The notes under the pieces: model-generated
Told to the model about the DNA's origin: nothing
Seen by the model: the letters and a program-made list of their open reading frames with translations, nothing else
The model's database searches: none
Assembly: GCA_016845065.1 (NCBI GenBank)
Contig: JAERTG010000050.1
Location: forward strand, 129,948-193,947
DNA length: 64,000 nt
Source of the DNA: Fidelibacterota bacterium
GTDB lineage: Bacteria > Fidelibacterota > UBA8477 > JABMPR01
Direction: 5' to 3'
Translations under genes and position numbers: made by a program
Shown: positions 56,944 through 64,000 of the stretch, piece by piece
Layout of the letters: the number at the start of each line of letters is the position of its first letter
How positions within the stretch are numbered: position 1 is the stretch's first letter

Positions 56944-59900
56944 TGAATACCAAGCTGAATATTTACACGATCAAAATAATTTTCATTATACTTTTTATTA
57001 CCCCGGGACTAATTGCCGAAAGTGGAAGAGCCCACCGAAAGAACGCAGTCCATAAGGGAAACCTTGTTAAGACTGTCTTTGGAAACTGGGGCGTAGTTGG
57101 ACAACCATCTGGAAAGGGACCTCGAGGTGCCTGGATACACGATAATAATGGATATGTAGGGGATGTAAGTCCGTTGGTTGGAGCGCAAATCACGACTCAT
57201 GATACTTCTGGAAATGAGAGAACATTTCATACCGTCGTAGTATCTCCTGTCAGTCGACCTTCGAACGGTGGACATGAGATAAGCCCTTCTGGTAAACAGT
57301 GGGGTTTTGAACCTGTGTCTGGTTACGCCAATCCTGATCAATCTTCCATCGCCATGAGTACAAATCCTCAGAGCTGGCCTTCAATCTGGCCAGATGAGCC
57401 TACTTGGGCAGGAACCTGGAATGGGTATTTTGGGCAAATTTCCAACGCCTCTGAGGAAAGTTATTATGTCATGGATGATGCCAATGACGAAGAATTTAAC
57501 TTTGCAGAAAATAATAATTACCGTGTGGCTTTTAAACCCGATAGTACAGATACAGAACGCAATGGTCTAGGATTGGAAGTCAAAGTAAGAGGCATGCAGT
57601 GGGGGCAATTTCTTGCCCAGGATGTAATTTTCTGGCTATATGAAGTAACCAATACAAGCACCACTGATTATGATCAGATCGTTTTTGGAATGCTTGTGGG
57701 AACCTATGTTGGTGTTACCGGTACGGATGATACTCCCAATGAATATGATGATGATTGGTCATTCTTTGATGTGGAGCGGGATTTGACGTTTACTGGTGAT
57801 TTTGACAATAATGTTTCCCGCAACTCGAATTGGGTTGGCAACGAAGTAGGCATGGTGGGATATGCTTTCTTGGAAAGTCCAGGAAATCCTTTTGATGGCA
57901 TCGATAATGATCGAGATGCAGCTGAATATGGTGACGCTGATTTCTTTGAAGAGGAAGATTTTCAAAACCGCGTGTTAAATCTTGGTGATGAGCTCATTCT
58001 CATTGATGATCAATTTAATCGCTCCTCACATTTTCTCTCCGCCGGGCCAGACACGTTAACTAGTAGGGGTTTGGTTCTGGTGGTCTCACCTGGTGATACC
58101 TTGCTTCCAGAGGGTAATGAAGTTTTAGCGCCCCATGCTGTCAATAGCAGTGATTTAGTTGTGAATGGCAATGCTGTTGATGGTCTTGATAATGATTTTG
58201 ACGGTTTGATTGACGAGAATTATTATCTCCACTACCGTCAGGTAAGGAAGGACCAGGAGGGCAATATTCTCTTTGATATTCTCAATCCTACAGCCTTTGT
58301 GAACTACGTGACAGGCATGGGATCTTTGAATCCCATGATTGATGAAAAACGTGATGATCTTGAAGACAATGATGGAGATTGGATCGCGGAATTTGATGAT
58401 GTTGGTTCTGATGGAGTTCCTGGAACGGATGATTTAGATGGAACTGAGGGAAATGGTTGGCCTGATGTAGGAGAACCCAATTTTGATCACACAGACCCCG
58501 ATGAATCAGACCAGATCGGTCTATCAGCATTTAATTACTTCGCACCTGCCGGTGATATCGAGATGCATAACGACGAAGGTCTCTGGGATATGATGGAACC
58601 GGGCTATTTTGATGTACCTGCATCTATACAGAACGGAAGACCCGTAGCTGGTGAAGATGGTGATTTTGTCTATAGCTCTGGATATTTCCCCCTCCAGGCT
58701 GGACAAACTGAAAGATTCTCCATCGGGCTGCTCTACGGTGAAGATCAGGCGGATTTACTGAAAAATTTGGCCACAGTTAAAAATATTTACGATAGTGATT
58801 ATCGCTTCCCAACAGCCCCACTGAAACCTACCGTATCTGCAGTAGCAGGAGATGGTTCCGTCACATTGTACTGGGATAGAAGAGCGGAAGAATCCATTGA
58901 TCCTGTATTGAAAATCAAGGATTTTGAGGGATATAAAATTTATCGAGCAACAGATCCTAACTTTAATGATATTCGAAATATCACCAACAGCCTAGGTGTA
59001 GTGGAAGGCTATGAATTTCTGGATCAGTTTGACCTGATCAATGAGTACTCCGGTCCTTTCTACCCAAGTGAAGATTTATTTACTCAGAGTGATGGTTATA
59101 CATTTTATCTGGGAGACAATTCAGGTCTGCAACATAGTTTTACAGATAACGACGTCCTCAACGGCAGAACATATTATTATGCAGTTGTTGCTTATGATCG
59201 TGGAGATGGAGATTCGGATATATTTCCATCAGAGAACACGAAATTTGTAGCGATTTCACCATCAGGTGAGGTGACTTTAGACCAGAATACTGTAATGATT
59301 GTGCCAGGTCCTACTCCACCAGGATACACTTCATCAATGGGCATAATTCCAATCGATCACGTTTCACCTGTGGGGACTGGTAATGTTCAGGTGAATGTGA
59401 TAGATCCTGATGCCCTCAAAGATCATGTCTATATCCTCAGCTTTAAAGATATGGCCACAGATGGCGTGGATAATGACGGGGATTGGAACGCTGCTACTGA
59501 CGATGTGGGAACGGATGGTGTTGCTGGAACAAATGATGTAGATGGCAGTGAGGGGGATGGTCTGCCTCAAGACGGTGAGCCCAATTTCGAATTTAGTGAC
59601 GCTGAGGAGCTCAACAGACTCACTACTTCTTATTCAGTTTTAGATTCCACCGGTTTTAATGTGGCATTTGAACCTCTGGATACCCTGTATGTTCAACTTG
59701 GTGTAAAAAATATTGTGGAATCTAGTGTACAATTGGTAGATGAGAGCGGAAACACCGTGCCCTCTGCAGAATTTGATCTGAGAAGCGAAAGCGGGGCAAT
59801 ACGAGCTTCATCAACAGGAAGTCTTCCATATGATAGTTATACATTATCTGGTCAATACTATCCAGTTTTTGAAAGCCCTTACGTATACGACTCACCATTT

Positions 59901-60815
59901 GTGAGTGAGGCATTTGACAGTGATATTTTTGATGGTCTAGAACTCTATTTCGAGAATGATTGGGATGTTGAGCTCATTGATTCTCTTACAGGTTGGAACA
60001 CCCTTGATAAATATGATTTCATTTTTGGAACCACGATTATCAATCTTGGTGGGGGTGTGTCTTTATATCCCATCAGATATCCGTCAAACTATCAAATAAC
60101 TTTCACAACTGATCCTGAATATATCGCCAATGATTCTACCTTTATGGTTGATTTCTTTGGAGGTGCACAAAATGAGAATCTGGCTGTCAATTTCCAGCTT
60201 GAAAACGTAACAGGAGGGTATAGCCCACAAATCCTGTTTGATGATCAGGATAGCAATGGGAAACTCACCAGCGGTGATGTCATATTGATTTTTGATCAAG
60301 ATATTAATGGCAATTATTTTTACACCTGGAACATTGTTTTTAGAGATTCGCCTACATACCCCGACTTGGATACAGTTTTTACGTTTACGGAAGCTGATAC
60401 AATATTTGTAAATACTACCCAACCTTTCCGTGATGGGGATGTGTTCGTATTTAGTCCTGAGATTCCCCGGATTGAAACTACCACAATAAAGGAATCTCTC
60501 GATGACATCAAGGTCTTCCCCAATCCCTACATAGCAGCTAATATTTTTGAGCACCCCCTATCTCCAGGCATTACAAGTGGAAGAGGGGAGAGACGAGTCA
60601 CCTTTACCCATATCCCTTATGATGCTTCAATTCACATTTATACTGCCCGTGGGGATCACGTGAAAACCCTGGTGAACGATAGTTCCATCGAAAACTCCAT
60701 GGTGAATTGGAATCTCAAAACAAAAGAGAATCTGGAGATTGCCTACGGTATCTATTTTTATGTCGTGGATACAGAATTTGGACGTAAAACTGGCAAACTG
60801 GCGATTGTGAAGTAG
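56943..60815 (+). CDS. Large secreted surface protein (1290 aa) with internal Ca-binding-like repeats and a T9SS C-terminal sorting domain
   Basis: Signal peptide. Two ~40-aa repeats reading DNDGDW...DDVG[ST]DGV.GT.D.DG[ST]EG.G.P..GEPNF. The C-terminal ~80 aa follow the T9SS CTD pattern (KVFPNPY...IYFYVVDTEFGRKTGKLAIVK). Confidence 0.7.
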   Translation: MNTKLNIYTIKIIFIILFITPGLIAESGRAHRKNAVHKGNLVKTVFGNWGVVGQPSGKGPRGAWIHDNNGYVGDVSPLVGAQITTHDTSGNERTFHTVVVSPVSRPSNGGHEISPSGKQWGFEPVSGYANPDQSSIAMSTNPQSWPSIWPDEPTWAGTWNGYFGQISNASEESYYVMDDANDEEFNFAENNNYRVAFKPDSTDTERNGLGLEVKVRGMQWGQFLAQDVIFWLYEVTNTSTTDYDQIVFGMLVGTYVGVTGTDDTPNEYDDDWSFFDVERDLTFTGDFDNNVSRNSNWVGNEVGMVGYAFLESPGNPFDGIDNDRDAAEYGDADFFEEEDFQNRVLNLGDELILIDDQFNRSSHFLSAGPDTLTSRGLVLVVSPGDTLLPEGNEVLAPHAVNSSDLVVNGNAVDGLDNDFDGLIDENYYLHYRQVRKDQEGNILFDILNPTAFVNYVTGMGSLNPMIDEKRDDLEDNDGDWIAEFDDVGSDGVPGTDDLDGTEGNGWPDVGEPNFDHTDPDESDQIGLSAFNYFAPAGDIEMHNDEGLWDMMEPGYFDVPASIQNGRPVAGEDGDFVYSSGYFPLQAGQTERFSIGLLYGEDQADLLKNLATVKNIYDSDYRFPTAPLKPTVSAVAGDGSVTLYWDRRAEESIDPVLKIKDFEGYKIYRATDPNFNDIRNITNSLGVVEGYEFLDQFDLINEYSGPFYPSEDLFTQSDGYTFYLGDNSGLQHSFTDNDVLNGRTYYYAVVAYDRGDGDSDIFPSENTKFVAISPSGEVTLDQNTVMIVPGPTPPGYTSSMGIIPIDHVSPVGTGNVQVNVIDPDALKDHVYILSFKDMATDGVDNDGDWNAATDDVGTDGVAGTNDVDGSEGDGLPQDGEPNFEFSDAEELNRLTTSYSVLDSTGFNVAFEPLDTLYVQLGVKNIVESSVQLVDESGNTVPSAEFDLRSESGAIRASSTGSLPYDSYTLSGQYYPVFESPYVYDSPFVSEAFDSDIFDGLELYFENDWDVELIDSLTGWNTLDKYDFIFGTTIINLGGGVSLYPIRYPSNYQITFTTDPEYIANDSTFMVDFFGGAQNENLAVNFQLENVTGGYSPQILFDDQDSNGKLTSGDVILIFDQDINGNYFYTWNIVFRDSPTYPDLDTVFTFTEADTIFVNTTQPFRDGDVFVFSPEIPRIETTTIKESLDDIKVFPNPYIAANIFEHPLSPGITSGRGERRVTFTHIPYDASIHIYTARGDHVKTLVNDSSIENSMVNWNLKTKENLEIAYGIYFYVVDTEFGRKTGKLAIVK

Positions 60816-60828
60816 GGTGGTGAAGCAG

Positions 60829-61827
60829 ATGAAATCAAAAATTATCGTACTTTTTGTACTACCTCTACTCATTTTTGGACAGGCAAAAGTTGGAACAAGC
60901 GCTGCACCTTTTCTGGGCATCGATGTTGGTGCTGTAGGTATCGCTATGGGGGGTAGTCAGGTTGCTCGAGCCCAGGACGCTTCAACCATCTATTGGAATC
61001 CAGGTGCTGCAGCTCAACTCCAGGGCAATCATCTACAATTCACCAGCAGCAATTGGTTTGTCGGTTCAAAATTTCAATATGCTGCTGGTATAATCAAAAT
61101 CTCTTCATCAGATGCCATTGGTCTGAGCTTTACTGTACTGGACTATGGTGAGGAGGAAATCACCGATGTATACAACCAGGAGGGTACGGGTCAATACTGG
61201 CAAGCAAGTGATTTATCCATTAGCTTGAATTACTCACGTATGCTCACTGATCGATTCTCAATCGGTGGAACAGGTAAATATATCCAACAGAAAATATGGC
61301 ATGAAACTGCATCATCCATGGCATTGGATGTGGGTATCCTCTTCCGTACCCAGTTGTCCGGTCTCCAGATTGGTATGAGTATATCTAATTTTGGTGCGAA
61401 TATGATCCTGGATGGAGCAGATCTGTTAACCCGAATCGACATTGACCCAGAGAATACGGGGAATAATGAAACACTGGTTGCTAAATTAAAGGTAGATGAC
61501 TGGCCCTTGCCTTTATTTTTTCGTCTTGGAGTAGCGTACGAGTATTCATTGGGTTCTACTACATCCATCACCTTTCTAACTGATGCTCTGGTTCCTTCTG
61601 ACAATGTGGAAGTTATAAATACTGGAGTTGAGGTTGGTGTACTTGATAAATTTTTTATCAGAACTGGTCTGAAAAATATCGGAAATGATGACAGTCTGAT
61701 TAATTACTCAGCTGGGGCTGGTTTGAAGCTTCCCGTCAATAGAAATATGGTGAGCTTTGATTACAGTATGCAGGAGTATGAATATTTTGGGTTAATCCAT
61801 ACTTATGGTGTGGAATTTACATTTTAA
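60829..61827 (+). CDS. PorV/PorQ-family T9SS-associated outer-membrane beta-barrel protein
   Basis: ATG at 60829. Signal peptide. N-terminal signature GTSAAPFLGIDVGAVGIAMGGSQVA. The barrel ends ...YGVEFTF. Confidence 0.6.
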   Translation: MKSKIIVLFVLPLLIFGQAKVGTSAAPFLGIDVGAVGIAMGGSQVARAQDASTIYWNPGAAAQLQGNHLQFTSSNWFVGSKFQYAAGIIKISSSDAIGLSFTVLDYGEEEITDVYNQEGTGQYWQASDLSISLNYSRMLTDRFSIGGTGKYIQQKIWHETASSMALDVGILFRTQLSGLQIGMSISNFGANMILDGADLLTRIDIDPENTGNNETLVAKLKVDDWPLPLFFRLGVAYEYSLGSTTSITFLTDALVPSDNVEVINTGVEVGVLDKFFIRTGLKNIGNDDSLINYSAGAGLKLPVNRNMVSFDYSMQEYEYFGLIHTYGVEFTF

Positions 61828-61856
61828 CAAGCAATAACAAACCAGAGGAGGTTTAA

Positions 61857-63869
61857 ATGCGCTTTATAGCTACACTAACCCTTTCACTGATGATGATAGT
61901 TTCTCTTTCAGCTGATGTGAATGTAACCTTCCGTGCAAATACAGCATTTGTACCGGATACCCTTAACGCAATGAGCTCCGTTCAAATGCGCGGTGCTCTA
62001 CCAACCCTGACATGGGACAACACATCCCCTGTTATCTTCACCAACGTGGGTGGAGATTACTGGGAAGCTACCATGACTGTTCCAGATGCAACGGTTGGAG
62101 AATACAAATTCTTTACTAATTCGCTTCCAGGTCCCATTGACGCTGCTTGGGGTGGCTGGGAAGGTGATCCAAACAGGACCTTAGATCTTTCAGGTTTCTC
62201 AGGATCTGATACCACACTGCCCTTGCAGTATGTGAATGGTTATGAAAATGGTGCCTCACAATTCGATCCACCTTATGAAACCAATGACTCAACCATTGTT
62301 GTACACATTCGTGTAAATATGCAGGGTTGGGAAGATTTCAATGATGAAACCATGTGGGTAGGTGCCCGCGGAGGATTCGGTGACCTGGATTGGGGCTCAA
62401 CCATGTGGCTCACCCAGGAATCACCTCATGTAAATGGTGGTAGCCAACAGTACAATGCGGATAACTTCTATTCTGCTAATGTCCGCGTTCCGCTGGCTGA
62501 TGCAACGGGTAGCAATGGTTTCAAGTTTGTGGTCCACGCTGCCGGTTCTGAACCAACACAGGACTGGGGTGATATGCTTTACAACCCTAATGGAGACATC
62601 CCTGCTAGCTATTCTGGTGCGGATACCACCCTCTATTGGAGCTGGTTCGCTGGTCTTGAACCTGCTGGTTTTACAGGTACAGATACTACCCCTCTGACCT
62701 TCAAGGCTGATTTTTCAACAACAATTGCTGAAAATGGATACGCAATCGGTGACTCTGTCATCGTGCGTTATGGCTATTTTGGGTCTGCTGGTGAAGTAAG
62801 CGAAGCTGGACTTACAAAAGAAGGTTTATTTGGCAATGAATATTCCGTTAGAATTCCTGAAGTAACTGTGAATTTTGGTGAGAAACTATATTACCAGTAT
62901 TATAAACTGGATGAAAGCCTAGCTGAATATCGGGAGATCTACTTCAATTTTGACTACGCAGGTGATACACCTTCAGAGGCGGAGCGTCGTGAAGTCATTG
63001 TCACTGCAGCTGATACCACGATCATGGATGTGGTCGTTAGTACCGTAGATTCACGCCGTCAGCCACTCTTCCGCAACACCAACGCTGTTGGTCAGCATGT
63101 AACCGTGTCTTACACCGTCGATATGCGTCCAGCTTACTGGCACGTTGACGCGGGTGTAACTTTAGAAGATATACAGGGAAATCTTGATATCTCTAGAGCC
63201 GGACAAATTGACAGCCTGGGCGTGTTTATGAATGGTCCAGCCACTGGTGGTTGGTCTGGTTGGGGTTTGGATCTTGCTTCACTTGAAGAAAAACAACTCT
63301 TTGATGACGGAACTCATGGTGATGTCACAGCCGATGATGATGTCTATACCCTTCAGTTTGAATACGCACCAGATAGCTCCAACAATGTTATCGGACAGGA
63401 ATTCAAGTTCGGTATTGGTGGTGGCGACAATGAAAGCAATTACGGTCTGAATCACGTTGAGAATATCAATGATGCCAATGATACGTATACAATTGCTTCT
63501 GCTTGGGGTAGTATTAACCCGAATTTTTATTCACTATGGGACTTTGACAACATGATTGGTCTGGTCGGTGTGGATGAATTTGTTGCTCCTAATGCCCTTA
63601 GTCTGTCACAGAACTACCCCAACCCATTCAACCCAACAACAAACATCAGCTATATCTTGCCACAAGCTGGCCATGTTGAATTGGTAATTTATAATGCTCT
63701 TGGTCAGGAAGTACGGACCTTGAAAGCTGGATACAGCAATGCTGGAAGCTATTCTGTTAATTGGAATGGTCTTGATCATGCTGGTAACAGCGTTGCCAGT
63801 GGTCTGTATATTTATACTTTGACCACCGGTGATCAAAGCATTAGCAAGAAAATGCTCATGCTGAAATAA
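61857..63869 (+). CDS. Secreted multi-module carbohydrate-binding protein (CBM20/25-like starch-binding modules) with T9SS C-terminal sorting domain
   Basis: Signal peptide. Repeated beta-sandwich modules with W...GxW...EYKF-type motifs. Canonical T9SS type-A CTD LSQNYPNPFNPTT...YSVNWNG...ASGLYIYTL. Confidence 0.7.
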   Translation: MRFIATLTLSLMMIVSLSADVNVTFRANTAFVPDTLNAMSSVQMRGALPTLTWDNTSPVIFTNVGGDYWEATMTVPDATVGEYKFFTNSLPGPIDAAWGGWEGDPNRTLDLSGFSGSDTTLPLQYVNGYENGASQFDPPYETNDSTIVVHIRVNMQGWEDFNDETMWVGARGGFGDLDWGSTMWLTQESPHVNGGSQQYNADNFYSANVRVPLADATGSNGFKFVVHAAGSEPTQDWGDMLYNPNGDIPASYSGADTTLYWSWFAGLEPAGFTGTDTTPLTFKADFSTTIAENGYAIGDSVIVRYGYFGSAGEVSEAGLTKEGLFGNEYSVRIPEVTVNFGEKLYYQYYKLDESLAEYREIYFNFDYAGDTPSEAERREVIVTAADTTIMDVVVSTVDSRRQPLFRNTNAVGQHVTVSYTVDMRPAYWHVDAGVTLEDIQGNLDISRAGQIDSLGVFMNGPATGGWSGWGLDLASLEEKQLFDDGTHGDVTADDDVYTLQFEYAPDSSNNVIGQEFKFGIGGGDNESNYGLNHVENINDANDTYTIASAWGSINPNFYSLWDFDNMIGLVGVDEFVAPNALSLSQNYPNPFNPTTNISYILPQAGHVELVIYNALGQEVRTLKAGYSNAGSYSVNWNGLDHAGNSVASGLYIYTLTTGDQSISKKMLMLK

Positions 63870-63900
63870 TCGCAATGCGATTGCTTTAATCTTATTACAG

Positions 63901-63926
63901 GGTGGAGAATTTCTTCTCCACCCTGT
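63901..63926 (+). terminator. Rho-independent terminator
   Basis: Hairpin gggtggagaa-tttc-ttctccaccc followed by tgtttta. Confidence 0.65.
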
Positions 63927-64000
63927 TTTATTAAAAGGGGAGTTAATCAGTTCATCATGGTTTTATCGAGAAAACTGACCCAGAACAAACTGAAATTCTT

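Noticed and set aside
1-64000. CRISPR arrays, tRNA/rRNA genes, transposases or integrated phage
   Set aside because: No short regularly spaced repeats, no tRNA-like cloverleaf candidates in intergenic regions, and no transposase, integrase (other than housekeeping xerD) or phage structural motifs were seen. The window looks like core chromosome.

Overview
This is a densely coded bacterial chromosomal segment of about 57 CDS with no rRNA or tRNA genes and no CRISPR array. From content it is most likely an uncultured marine FCB-group bacterium: it carries T9SS C-terminal sorting domains, a PorV/PorQ-like outer-membrane protein, TonB-dependent receptors with CarbopepD_reg N-domains, and archaeal-flavoured genes (TrmB, GH57, a GGGPS/PcrB prenyltransferase). 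The ORF track translates GTG/TTG starts as M, so several starts were re-evaluated by hand.

Layout:
- aspS 3' end.
- Two secreted zinc peptidases: an M1 peptidase fused to an Omp85-like beta-barrel, and an M14 carboxypeptidase with a C-terminal dockerin.
- A minus-strand lipid-export-type cluster: two MMPL/RND pumps, a TetR regulator, a LolA-like protein and an outer-membrane beta-barrel.
- A TrmB regulator, then a Cys-less GAPDH paralog, gap, a GH57 enzyme and glgP.
- An ECF sigma factor, a His-rich membrane protein and a Spy/CpxP-like periplasmic protein.
- A TonB-dependent receptor and a DECR-like SDR.
- efp-accB-accC, then gcvH-gcvPA with a coupled GGGPS/PcrB homolog.
- xerD and dgt.
- A minus-strand string coaE-adk-nupC-tdk-cdd-rhomboid-M23 peptidase.
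- A DksA/TraR protein, a zinc-ribbon protein and a DUF3467 protein.
- copA.
- A two-gene module in which both proteins carry CXXCH: a PSCyt1-type cytochrome lipoprotein and an outer-membrane barrel.
- A selenocysteine-containing selD that the ORF track truncates: in-frame TGA plus a SECIS-like hairpin.
- A T9SS-linked alpha-glucan utilisation locus: GH13 lipoprotein amylase, TonB-dependent receptor, a 1290-aa T9SS cargo, a PorV/PorQ-like protein and a CBM-rich T9SS protein.

No canonical phage-defence island is visible. The most novel-looking candidates are the M1-peptidase/Omp85 fusion (possible type Vd-like secretion), the heme-lipoprotein/heme-barrel pair next to copA, and the Cys-less GAPDH paralog coupled to gap. 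All calls rest on motif and architecture reading without database searches.
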